From Actinomycetes bacterium (lineage in GTDB: Bacteria > Actinomycetota > Acidimicrobiia > IMCC26256 > PALSA-610): DNA of 64,000 nt. Of the stretch, positions 9,819-18,298 are shown in pieces. Within the stretch, counting starts at the first letter, position 1. Each line of letters begins with the position of its first letter. Below the pieces are notes generated by a model, which was given only the letters and a program-made list of their open reading frames with translations, did not search any database and was not told where the DNA came from. A program made the translations under genes and the position numbers. The stretch is taken from positions 1,222-65,221 of the forward strand of contig JAODBI010000225.1 in NCBI GenBank assembly GCA_025463875.1. Reading direction: 5' to 3'.

Positions 9819-9954
9819 GGTTGGGACATGAGGTTGGGACATGAGGTTGGGACATGAGGTTGGGACATGAGGTTGGGACATGAGGTTGGGACATGAGGTT
9901 GGGACATGAGGTTGGGACATGAGGTTGGGACATGACGTTGGAACATCACGTTGA
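9812..9954 (+). repeat. 13-bp tandem repeat GACATGAGGTTGG: 9 perfect copies plus 2 degenerate ones (further decayed copies up to 9989)
   Basis: Perfect units start at 9812, 9825, ... 9916. Unit 9929-9941 has 1 mismatch and 9942-9954 has about 4. Relics lie at 9961-9976 and 9977-9989. Each unit contains GAGG followed 7 nt later by ATG. Confidence 0.97.
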
Positions 9955-9993
9955 CACAGGGATACATGGGGTGTGGGACATGAGGTGTGACAC

Positions 9994-10257
9994 ATGAAGT
10001 GGCTCTCCCAGTTCGGCCGGTTCTGGTACGACTTCATCGTCGGAGACGATTGGACCATCGCCGCCGCCGTCGTTGCCGTCGTCGCGCTGACCGCCGCCGT
10101 TGCGCACTCGGGGCACCTGGCGTGGCCGATCCTGCCGATCGGAGTGGCCCTGGTCCTGACCGCTTCGGTGTGGCGTGTCCTGCGTTCCGAGCGCCGTGCG
10201 AGCACGCCGCCCGCCGCTGATGGTCCACACGCGTCGGAGAACGGCGGCGCGCGTTGA
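9994..10257 (+). CDS. Small membrane protein (2 TM), translationally coupled to uppP
   Basis: 87-aa ORF, MKWLSQFGRFWYDFIVGDDWTIAAAVVAVVAL.., with two hydrophobic helices. GAGG lies 7 nt upstream of the ATG. Its TGA overlaps the TTG start of uppP (TTGA). Confidence 0.6.
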   Translation: MKWLSQFGRFWYDFIVGDDWTIAAAVVAVVALTAAVAHSGHLAWPILPIGVALVLTASVWRVLRSERRASTPPAADGPHASENGGAR

Positions 10258-11144
10258 TCAGCTACTTCCAGGCCATCGTCATCGGGGCGCTCCAGGGCAT
10301 CACCGAGCTCTTCCCCGTCTCGAGCCTCGGGCACTCGGTCCTCGTGCCGGCGTGGCTCGGATGGGACACGTTGGTCAAGGACCAGTCGCGCAACGAGTCG
10401 CCGTACCTCGCCTTCGTCGTCGCACTACACGTCGCGACCGCGCTGGCGCTCCTGGTCTACTTCCGGTCGGACTGGGCGCGCATCATCAAGGGGTTCTTTC
10501 ACACGCTCCGCACGCGCAAGCTCGAGACGGCCGACGAACGCATGGCGTGGCTGCTCATCGTTGCGACCATCCCGGCGGGCATCACCGGCATCGTGTTGGA
10601 GCACTCGCTCAGAACGTTGTTCGCAAAACCGCTCGCGGCCGCGATCTTCCTCACCGTGAACGGTGTGCTGCTCTTGTTCGGCGACTGGCTCCGGCGCCGG
10701 CGCACGACCCGGGCGATCATCGACAGGCATCCGAAGACCCAAAGTCGCAGCGAGGAGGGCCGCCGCCTCGACACCCTCGACTTCCGGGAGGCGCTCGCGG
10801 TCGGCGTCGCACAGATCGGCGCACTCTTCGCGGGCATCAGCCGATCGGGCATCACGATGGTCGCCGGTCTCGCACGCGGTCTCGATCACGAAGACGCGGC
10901 GCGCTTCTCCTTCTTGCTGGCGACGCCCATCATCCTGGCCGCGGGGCTCTACAAAGTTCATGACTTCGTCGGCCCGAACGGCGACGGGATTCGTGGCCAG
11001 GCGCTCGTCGGTGGCATCGTCGCGGCCGGTGCCGCGTTCGTCGCTATCCACTTCCTTCTGCGTTTCTTCGAGACCCGCAACCTGCTGCCGTTCGCGATCT
11101 ACTGTCTGCTCGCCGGCGGCATTTCGGTCGTGAGGTTTGCGTAG
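10254..11144 (+). CDS. uppP: Undecaprenyl-diphosphate phosphatase (BacA/UppP)
   Basis: 296 aa. The N-terminus ISYFQAIVIGALQGITELFPVSSLGHSVL and the later GISRSGITM motif are the classic UppP signatures. The protein is polytopic. Confidence 0.94.
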   Translation: MISYFQAIVIGALQGITELFPVSSLGHSVLVPAWLGWDTLVKDQSRNESPYLAFVVALHVATALALLVYFRSDWARIIKGFFHTLRTRKLETADERMAWLLIVATIPAGITGIVLEHSLRTLFAKPLAAAIFLTVNGVLLLFGDWLRRRRTTRAIIDRHPKTQSRSEEGRRLDTLDFREALAVGVAQIGALFAGISRSGITMVAGLARGLDHEDAARFSFLLATPIILAAGLYKVHDFVGPNGDGIRGQALVGGIVAAGAAFVAIHFLLRFFETRNLLPFAIYCLLAGGISVVRFA

Positions 11145-11270
11145 CGCGCGCGCTTCCCATGCCCACGGTCCGTCGCATCGCATCCCGTGCAGTCCTCGTC
11201 GGCGCGCTCGCGAGCATCACGTCGACGGGCTGCGGGAAGTGAGCTGACCCGCGCACCGGCTCGCCGCTTG

Positions 11271-12302
11271 TCAGCGGGCCAGCGACGTGCAGTTCGCGAC
11301 GGCATGGAACCCGGGGGCGGTCGCGCCGCCGCACATCCAGAGCCTTCCGCGATACACCGCGAAGGCGGTGCCGTGACGCGGAACGAGCATGGGTTCGGTC
11401 GTCCACCGGTTCGTCCCGAAGCGTTGCACGACATCCGTGATGCTCGTCTCGCCGCTGGGCTCTCCCCCGGCGACGAGCGTCACGCCGCGCGCGAACGTTG
11501 CGGCGGCACCCGAGGTCGGTACCGGTAACACTCCCCTCGCCTGCCACGTCCCGGTCCCCGTGTCGAGACAATCGATCGCGCCACTCGTCGCGGGCGTGCG
11601 TCCACCCGCGACGCAGACCAGCACGCCGTCGACGAAGGCGGCCAGATGATTCCGGGGGTGCGGCATGGCGGCCGCGTCGGTCCAGGTGTTCGACTGTGGG
11701 TCGTAGACCTCGGGCACCGCGATCTCGGCACTGGCATCCCGTCCGCCGATCGCATACAACCGTTCCCCGACGGAGACGAGAGACAACGCGCCGCGCGCTC
11801 GTCGCATCGGCGCGATCTCGTGCCAGCCGGTAGTACCGGGCGCGAGGACGAAGGCGCGATTCGTCGCGCCGGAGGGCGTGAAGCCGCCCGCGACGTACAC
11901 GTCCGAGTTGATCGTCGCGGCGCCCGGGTGATTCACCGCCACCGGCAGCGTCGGGCCCGAGGACCAGGCTGACCCGTCGAACACGAACGTTGCCGCGCTG
12001 CTGTTGCGCTGGGTGTCGTAGCCGCCGACGACGTAGAGGCGGTCGGCGACGGTGGCCGCCGCGGATTCCTGGATGGCACGTGGGAGCGCGGACTCCTCGC
12101 GCTGCGACGCGACCGCGGACGGTGCAAGCGTCGAGGTCGCCGGTCCCCCAGTCGATCCCCGGCTCGGCGACGTCGAGCTCGTGGAAGCCACGCCGGGGCT
12201 CGCCGCACCACTGCCGCCACTGCTGCTGCACGCGCCGAGAATGACGACACCCACGCCGAGCAGCACCAGTCCGCTCCGAGCGGCGCGGACGGCGCGTGTC
12301 AC
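11271..12302 (-). CDS. Kelch-repeat lipoprotein
   Basis: 343 aa. Lipobox signal (LLGVGVVILGAC-S), a Ser/Thr/Gly linker, then six Kelch-like blades (LYVVGG, VYVAGG, LYAIGG, VCVAGG, LVAGG, LWMCGG). Confidence 0.85.
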   Translation of the reverse strand: MTRAVRAARSGLVLLGVGVVILGACSSSGGSGAASPGVASTSSTSPSRGSTGGPATSTLAPSAVASQREESALPRAIQESAAATVADRLYVVGGYDTQRNSSAATFVFDGSAWSSGPTLPVAVNHPGAATINSDVYVAGGFTPSGATNRAFVLAPGTTGWHEIAPMRRARGALSLVSVGERLYAIGGRDASAEIAVPEVYDPQSNTWTDAAAMPHPRNHLAAFVDGVLVCVAGGRTPATSGAIDCLDTGTGTWQARGVLPVPTSGAAATFARGVTLVAGGEPSGETSITDVVQRFGTNRWTTEPMLVPRHGTAFAVYRGRLWMCGGATAPGFHAVANCTSLAR

Positions 12303-12322
12303 CGCGTCACCACGTCATGGCG

Positions 12323-13483
12323 TCATCGCGTCACGCCGGTGTGGCCCAGCGAGTAGCGACCGGGCTGCGGCCACAGGCACAACCCGTGGGGCCGGTTCGG
12401 CACGTGGATGACGGAGATCACATGGCCGTCGGTCGTGGAGATCGCGTAGACCGCGTCGTTGTAGCGACCGGAGAGCCACAGCACCTTGCCGTCGGCGGAC
12501 ACGCCGCCCATGTCGGGTGAAGTTCCGGGCAGCTGCCAGGTCGTGACGACCGCCCGCGTGGCGAAGTCGATGACGCTGATGGAGGCACCGCGGCGGTTGG
12601 AGACGTAGAGATGACGCGCATCTCGACTCGGATACAGGCCGTGAGCGTCCCGGCCGGTCCGCAGGAAACCGATCTCCCGCAGCGACGCGCCGTCGATCAG
12701 GTGCACTCCCCCGAGGAGGAGGTCGGCGACGTAGAAGACCTTCCCCGCGGGCTCGAGTTTCACGTCTTGCGGGCTCGCACCCGGGAGGTCGAGATAGCCG
12801 GCGATTCGCTCACTCGGAAGATCGATCTTCACGAGCCGGCCCGCGAACTCGCAGGAGGCGATGAGGTAGCTCCCGTCGGCACTGAAGTCGAGATGATCGA
12901 TGCCGAGACAATCGACTTTGACCGACCGCTGGAGCGCGAACGTGTGCGGATCGCGAAAATCGAGCCGTTGGCGTCGTTCGGCGACCACGATCGCCGAGCG
13001 GCCGTCCGGCGTGAAGTACATGATGTAGGGATCCTCGACCGGGATGTTCGGCCCGGCGATCTTCCCGGTGCGGGGATCGATGGGCGTCAGCGAGTTGCCG
13101 AGATTGTTCGTCGCGTACAGGGTCCGCATGTCCCACGCGGGCACGACGTGTTGCGGCCGTCCGCCGGTTTGATACCGGTCGATCACGCGGTACGTCGTCG
13201 GGTCGATGACGTCCACGTAGCTCGACATGCTCTCGGGGACGTAGACGAGTGTCCTTGCGTCGCGCGTCGCGGCGCTGAAGTTGTTCACACCGATGTGTGA
13301 ATAGATGTTCACGGGTGCCGTGCCCGCGTGCGAACCCTTTGTCCGGCTGCTCGTCGGATCGGGTCGCGGTTGCTCGGTCGATGTGCTGGTCGACTTCAAC
13401 GCGCTCGACTCGCTCGACGCACTGCACGACGCGAGGAGTAGCAGCGCGACTAACAGTGCCGCGCACCCGGTCGAGCGCCTCAC
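12323..13483 (-). CDS. YVTN/YncE-like beta-propeller lipoprotein
   Basis: 386 aa with a lipobox (LLLLASC-S). It has repeated ~40-aa blades with ..LYVxN/..VxVID patterns (LYATNNLGNSLTPID, LYVSNRRGASISVID, VYAISTTDGHVISVI). Its start overlaps the permease stop by 4 nt. Confidence 0.85.
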   Translation of the reverse strand: MRRSTGCAALLVALLLLASCSASSESSALKSTSTSTEQPRPDPTSSRTKGSHAGTAPVNIYSHIGVNNFSAATRDARTLVYVPESMSSYVDVIDPTTYRVIDRYQTGGRPQHVVPAWDMRTLYATNNLGNSLTPIDPRTGKIAGPNIPVEDPYIMYFTPDGRSAIVVAERRQRLDFRDPHTFALQRSVKVDCLGIDHLDFSADGSYLIASCEFAGRLVKIDLPSERIAGYLDLPGASPQDVKLEPAGKVFYVADLLLGGVHLIDGASLREIGFLRTGRDAHGLYPSRDARHLYVSNRRGASISVIDFATRAVVTTWQLPGTSPDMGGVSADGKVLWLSGRYNDAVYAISTTDGHVISVIHVPNRPHGLCLWPQPGRYSLGHTGVTR

Positions 13484-16134
13484 AGTTCACGCAACACTGC
13501 GAGCGGGGCGGTCCGAGCCCGTCGGATCGTCACGACGCCCGTGACCACGACCGCCGTGACGGCGACCGCGGCAACCGTCGCGAGGTATGCCCACGGCACC
13601 GAGAGCGCCGCGGGTGGAGGATCGAAGACGCCCGTGAGCACCTTGGTGAGCATCGCGGCGAGCGCGGCGCCCGCGACCGCGCCCGCGAGCAGTCCGCCGA
13701 TGACGACGAACGAGGCTTCGCTCCAGACGAAGCCGCCGAGCTGACGCGATCTGGCTCCCAGCGCATTCGTGATCGCAAATGTACGGCGGCGTTCCGCGAA
13801 ACCGAGCGCGAACACGAGCCCGGTCGACGCCGCGGCCAGCGCGATCGCGAAGCCGAGCTCGACCTTCGTCAGACCCGACAGGTCGACGGCGGTAAGGCTC
13901 GACGCCACGACCTTGCGAGTACTTGTGATGTCGTTCACCGTGGCCGAGGTTCCGAGCAGAGACCGCACCCGCGTCGCGACGGTACCCGGCGACGCGGAAC
14001 CCACGTCGACCAGGTACGTGCCGACCGCACCGTTGCCTGTCCGGCTGGCGACGTAGTCGGCGTTGGCGATGAGGAAGCTGTCGCGCGGCGCGGTCGGAAA
14101 CTCCTTGGCGACGCCGACGTACCGGAACGGCACCTCGACCAGGCGCGTGCTCCGCGTATCACGCAGGCGGAGCCGCACCGTGTCACCGGGCTGGAGTTGG
14201 AAGTCTTTGACGGTTTCGGCGCTGAGCAGGATGCCGTCATTTTGCACGCTCAGCCGGCCGATGAGCTGTCGGGCGGTGCCACCCTGGAAGTATGCGTCCT
14301 GCAGTTTGGTCGCGGCGACGATGGTCGAGGTGCGCACGCCGTAGAGATCCTGCAGGTCAGCACCGACATACGCGAAGCGGTGCTGCATCGGCTCGACCGC
14401 CTTCACGCCGCCCACGCTCGCGATCTGCTGCTCGGTACCGGGCGTCACCGACGCGCCGGGCGCGACGGTGACGGTGACGTCGGCGCCGTTCGAGAGGCGG
14501 GCGTCGACGAGGGCCTGGGCCTCGTACGTCGCGTTGAACACGGCGGTCGACGCCGCGAAGGCAGTCGTGAGCGCGACGAGCGCGAGCGCGCTCGCCAAGA
14601 GGCGACGTTGTCGGCGCATCGTCGCGCCCACCGTCTGCGCGAGTCGCCCCGAGAACGGGCGCGCGATCCACGTGCCGGCGCGGCGCGTCGTGCCCAACAC
14701 CGTGTACGCCATGCGCCAGGCGAAGAGCCCCGCACCGAGCCAGAGCAGCGCCGGGCCGGCGAGGGCCCAGTAGTTCACCGAGATCGACGGCGTGCCTTCC
14801 GGGGCAAGCACGAGCTTGTAGCCGTTTCGGCTGGTCAGCCAGAACACGAGGCCCGAGACCGCGAGCACGACGAAATCGACACCGAAGCGCAGCCACCGCG
14901 GTGCTCGGAGCCGACCGACCGGGCGGCGCGCGCCGACAACGGTGATCATGCGGGCGTCCCGCCACGCCGGCAGCGCGATAGCCGTGCCCGCAATCACGAG
15001 GCCGACGAGCGCCGCGCCGAGCCCGAAGCCGATCGCGGTCGCGCGCGTCGCACCGAACGAAGCACTCCCGAATTGGATGGCGCCGACGATCGACGCGACC
15101 CCGAGCCCGACGATCGCCCCCGCGGTTCCCACGAGCGCCGCTTCCGCCAAGGCGATATGCACCAGCGCGCGAGTCGTCGCGCCCCTCGTTCGCAGCAGCG
15201 CCTGTTCGCGACGGCGTCGGGTCGCACCGGATGCGGCGACGGCGCCGGTCAGGAGCGCGGCGAGCACGGCACCCGGCAGGCCGAGAAACAGGAACAGCAC
15301 CTGCGCGTACAGCGCGTCGGCGCGGGCGGCTCCCAAAGCCGCCGCGAGGTTGTCGCCCACGAGACCGCCCCCCGAGAGCGAGACCTCGAGGTTGCGCGCC
15401 GCGCCCGTGACCTGGGTGTACGCGGCCGAGGGATCGTGCGCGAGATGCAGCGCGAGCGCGGCGTGTACCTGGGTGCGGACCAGGTCGGAGCGCTTGGCCG
15501 CGAGCGGGTCGAACAGCGTGTGCCACGTGCGCTCCGGCACGAGAAGGACGTTGTCCGGCGGTGCTTGCGGCTGCGCGCCCGCCGGCGCTCCGACCTTTTG
15601 GAAGAGTGAATCCGCCGTCGGCAGGTCGACCACTCCGTCGACCCGGACTCGGGCGGGTGCGAGCCCGGCCCGGCCGATCGTGATCGTGTCGCCCGGCACG
15701 ACGCGGAGGTTCGCAGCAGTCTGCTGTGCGACCAGCACACCGGCACCGGTTCCGGCGAGATCGCGGATCGTGTCCGGGAAGGTGCCGCGATACCCGTCGG
15801 GCAAGCCCAGTACGACACCCGGCCCCGTCGTCTGTGTGGATCCGCCGGTCGTTGCGCTCAACCCGGAGGTTTGCGCGAAGCCGACCGGCAGTGCGCGGCG
15901 CGCGCGGGATCGCACGGCATCGAGGACTGCACGCGGATCGGCACCCGGCTGCACCTCGACCTGCCAATCGACCGCGACGGTCTGCACCGCCCGCTTGGTC
16001 ATCGTCGCCTTGGAGCCCGCGAGGAAGGTGCCGATCGAGGCCAACAACGCGACCGCGATCGCGACACCGGTGGCAGTCGCGCCGAACCGGCCGGCGCGGC
16101 GGGCCGTTCCGCGCAGCCAGGTCATGCCGAGCAT
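13480..16134 (-). CDS. ABC transporter permease, duplicated FtsX/MacB-type (two FtsX domains with large extracytoplasmic loops)
   Basis: 884 aa. It has two TM1 / large loop / TM2-4 halves typical of fused FtsX-family permeases. The C-terminal half ends with the FtsX-domain helices. It overlaps the upstream ATPase gene by 13 nt. Confidence 0.9.
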   Translation of the reverse strand: MLGMTWLRGTARRAGRFGATATGVAIAVALLASIGTFLAGSKATMTKRAVQTVAVDWQVEVQPGADPRAVLDAVRSRARRALPVGFAQTSGLSATTGGSTQTTGPGVVLGLPDGYRGTFPDTIRDLAGTGAGVLVAQQTAANLRVVPGDTITIGRAGLAPARVRVDGVVDLPTADSLFQKVGAPAGAQPQAPPDNVLLVPERTWHTLFDPLAAKRSDLVRTQVHAALALHLAHDPSAAYTQVTGAARNLEVSLSGGGLVGDNLAAALGAARADALYAQVLFLFLGLPGAVLAALLTGAVAASGATRRRREQALLRTRGATTRALVHIALAEAALVGTAGAIVGLGVASIVGAIQFGSASFGATRATAIGFGLGAALVGLVIAGTAIALPAWRDARMITVVGARRPVGRLRAPRWLRFGVDFVVLAVSGLVFWLTSRNGYKLVLAPEGTPSISVNYWALAGPALLWLGAGLFAWRMAYTVLGTTRRAGTWIARPFSGRLAQTVGATMRRQRRLLASALALVALTTAFAASTAVFNATYEAQALVDARLSNGADVTVTVAPGASVTPGTEQQIASVGGVKAVEPMQHRFAYVGADLQDLYGVRTSTIVAATKLQDAYFQGGTARQLIGRLSVQNDGILLSAETVKDFQLQPGDTVRLRLRDTRSTRLVEVPFRYVGVAKEFPTAPRDSFLIANADYVASRTGNGAVGTYLVDVGSASPGTVATRVRSLLGTSATVNDITSTRKVVASSLTAVDLSGLTKVELGFAIALAAASTGLVFALGFAERRRTFAITNALGARSRQLGGFVWSEASFVVIGGLLAGAVAGAALAAMLTKVLTGVFDPPPAALSVPWAYLATVAAVAVTAVVVTGVVTIRRARTAPLAVLREL

Positions 16135-16826
16135 GTCTCGTCGCGGGGAACGCGCCGGCCGACCGTGAGGCGACCGTCGGCGACCGGCCAGATTTGATCC
16201 AGGCGATCCGCGACGGCCGGGTCGTGGGTGCTGACGACGAGCGCGGCGTCCGTCTCCGCGGCCGCGCGCACGAGGATCGTGATGACGTGGTCGGCGGTGT
16301 CGTGGTCGAGTTGGCCGGTGGGTTCGTCGGCCAGGAGCAGGCGAGGTCGCGGCGCGAGAGCACGCGCGACCGCGACGCGTTGCATCTGACCGCCCGAGAG
16401 CTCCTCGGGCAGTTTGGCGTGAAGGTCCCCGAGGTCGAGCAGGGCGAGGGCAGCCGACGCTCGCTCACGGGCTTCCCCTTGGTCTGCACCGTCGAGGACG
16501 AGTGGGAGCGCCACGTTTTCGATGACGTCGAGCGGAGGCAGGAGACTCGGGCCCTGGAACACAATGGCGACCGGTCCGGGCCGAAGCGTCGTGCGATCAC
16601 CGAGCGCGGGCCAGCTGATCGATCCGGCGGTCGGCCACTCGAGACCCGCGATCAGGTGCAACAGCGTCGACTTTCCGGAGCCCGACGGACCGACGAGCGC
16701 GATGCGCTCGCTCGGCCAGATCTTGCAGGTCGCGTCGTGCACGGCGACGACGGCGTTCGGACCCGAGCCGTAGGTGCGCCCGACCGAGTCGCAGTGGACG
16801 AGAACCGAGGAGGTCGTGTCGGTCAT
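16122..16826 (-). CDS. ABC transporter ATP-binding protein (MacB/LolD-like)
   Basis: 234 aa. Walker A GPSGSGKSTLL, signature LSGGQMQRVAVARAL, Walker B LLLADEPTGQLD, H-loop STHD. Confidence 0.93.
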   Translation of the reverse strand: MTDTTSSVLVHCDSVGRTYGSGPNAVVAVHDATCKIWPSERIALVGPSGSGKSTLLHLIAGLEWPTAGSISWPALGDRTTLRPGPVAIVFQGPSLLPPLDVIENVALPLVLDGADQGEARERASAALALLDLGDLHAKLPEELSGGQMQRVAVARALAPRPRLLLADEPTGQLDHDTADHVITILVRAAAETDAALVVSTHDPAVADRLDQIWPVADGRLTVGRRVPRDETCSA

Positions 16827-17488
16827 ACCGTCACCCTTCCGTCGTGCAGCGCGATCACGCGATCGGATGCCGACGCGATCTCGGCGCTGTGGCTGACGAC
16901 GACGACGGCCGCGCCGTCATCGGCGCGGGCCCGCAGCAGGGCGATCACTCTGGATGCGGTCGCATGGTCGAGCTCACCGGTCGGCTCGTCGGCGAGGACC
17001 ACGCTCGGATCGTTCGCGACTGCGACGGCGAGGCCGGCGCGGGCGAGTTCTCCGCCCGACAACCGGGAGGGACGCGAATGCGCGCGTTCGCCGATCCCGA
17101 GATCGCCCAGGAGATCCGCCACGGGCCGGAGCGTTCGCACCTTGCGCGCAAGCCGGCGGGCCACATGCACGTTCTCGGCGACCGTGAGGTGATCGAGCAG
17201 GTTGCCGTTCTGGAACAGCACACCGATGCTGCGCGCGCGCAGTGCGGCTCGGGTCTCCTCGGTGCGGCGCGACAGCGGCTCGCCGTCGATCCGCACCATC
17301 CCGCCGTCAGGTTCGTCGAGACCGGCGAGGCACGCCAGCAACGTCGATTTGCCCGAGCCCGACGGTCCCATGACGGCGACGAGCTCGCCCGCGTCGACCT
17401 CGAGCGACACGCCCCGCAGCGCGAGCGTCTCGTCGTCGCCCGCGTGGTAGAAGCGATAGAGGTCCCGCGCTTCGAGCGCAGCGGTCAT
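16823..17488 (-). CDS. ABC transporter ATP-binding protein (second, paralogous)
   Basis: Within ORF 16823..18274, the real start is ATG 17488 (MTAALEARDLYRFY..), giving 221 aa. Walker A GPSGSGKSTLL, signature LSGGELARAGLAVAV, Walker B VVLADEPTGELD. It has ATGA overlaps at both ends. Confidence 0.93.
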   Translation of the reverse strand: MTAALEARDLYRFYHAGDDETLALRGVSLEVDAGELVAVMGPSGSGKSTLLACLAGLDEPDGGMVRIDGEPLSRRTEETRAALRARSIGVLFQNGNLLDHLTVAENVHVARRLARKVRTLRPVADLLGDLGIGERAHSRPSRLSGGELARAGLAVAVANDPSVVLADEPTGELDHATASRVIALLRARADDGAAVVVVSHSAEIASASDRVIALHDGRVTV

Positions 17489-18159
17489 GCCGACCACGCG
17501 AACGAGTCGGTAACTTTCTTCCACGGGTCGACGTTGTCGGAGCCCGTCGGCGCCGAGAGCGTCAGCGTGACCGACGTGCCGTTGCGCCAGTACTCGTAGC
17601 GTTCGACGTCGAGAACGACGCTCTTGCCGGTGACAGGATCGGCCGCCGACTGCGCTCGATACGTGATCAACACGACAGTTCCGGCCGGGCGCGTCACTTC
17701 GCTCAAGTTGCGCAGGGCGAACGCGTGCTCGCGGCCCTGCAACGCGGGCACGTCGATGGACCGGGCCGTCGCAGCCGAGCGGGCAACCGCGCGTTGTGTC
17801 GGCGCGACGCGGATCGAGTTGTAATGACTCGCGAAGATCGTGACGCCGCCGGTATCCGTGCGCGCCCACCCCTCGGGCACTTGCAGGGAGAACGTGCCCC
17901 GAGCAGATGCGTAATTCACGAACGCCTGGTTGTCGGGGATGTCTCCCGACGGACTGACCTCGGGCCCGGTCGACGCCGGAACCGTCGTCGGACTCGTCAC
18001 TGCCGACGACGAACCGCCCGGTGGAGTCGTGGTCGCCCCGGTCGCGGCCGAGTTGTTCGTGGTCGTCGACGACGACGAGCTGGGGCTCGAGGAGCCGCAC
18101 GCGCCGAGCCCGACCAACGCGGCGACGGCAAGGGCGGGGGCGCAGACGGCTCGTCGCAT
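17485..18159 (-). CDS. Lipoprotein of unknown function, first gene of the ABC operon
   Basis: ATG at 18159 gives MRRAVCAPALAVAALVGLGAC-G (lipobox), then a Ser/Thr/Pro linker and a ~150-aa globular domain. The stop overlaps the next ATG (ATGA). Confidence 0.7.
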   Translation of the reverse strand: MRRAVCAPALAVAALVGLGACGSSSPSSSSSTTTNNSAATGATTTPPGGSSSAVTSPTTVPASTGPEVSPSGDIPDNQAFVNYASARGTFSLQVPEGWARTDTGGVTIFASHYNSIRVAPTQRAVARSAATARSIDVPALQGREHAFALRNLSEVTRPAGTVVLITYRAQSAADPVTGKSVVLDVERYEYWRNGTSVTLTLSAPTGSDNVDPWKKVTDSFAWSA

Positions 18160-18298
18160 CGGAGCTCCGGGGTAGGGGAATGAGACGAAGCCGACCGTAG
18201 GGGCCGGGCCGGAAGCGCAGACTTCTGTGAGGGTTATCGAGCGGTAAAAGCCGTCGCACCGAATCGGCCCGCACCGCACGGACACCTACCCTGTCGAG

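Noticed and set aside
9812-9954. Possibility that the tandem array is a CRISPR array.
   Set aside because: The units are contiguous with no spacers. The unit is only 13 bp, and there are no cas genes in the window.
9431-10334. Minus-strand ORFs (178, 235 and 62 aa) containing (MSQPHVPTSCPNL)n across the 13-bp array.
   Set aside because: The 13-aa periodicity is simply the 13-bp repeat read with a 39-nt period. All three minus frames are open there, and the ORFs run antisense through well-supported genes (the membrane protein and the small membrane protein). They have no SD or start context. I treat them as repeat-generated shadow ORFs.
13297-16600. Very long ORFs overlapping the FtsX permease gene (770 aa on +, 747 aa on - in another frame).
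   Set aside because: They are Arg/Pro/Gly/Asp-rich with no recognisable domains, and their GC peaks at the wrong codon position. This is typical of shadow frames in high-GC DNA. The permease frame has clear TM and FtsX features. The same reasoning applies to 7293..8369 (+), 36956..38554 (+), 45642..47018 (+), 49227..50573 (+), 52103..53665 (-) and similar ORFs.
17489-18274. N-terminal 262-aa extension of the 483-aa ORF 16823..18274.
   Set aside because: The extension is Arg-rich nonsense overlapping the lipoprotein gene in another frame. The ABC ATPase homology begins at the ATG at 17488, which also forms an ATGA overlap with the lipoprotein stop.
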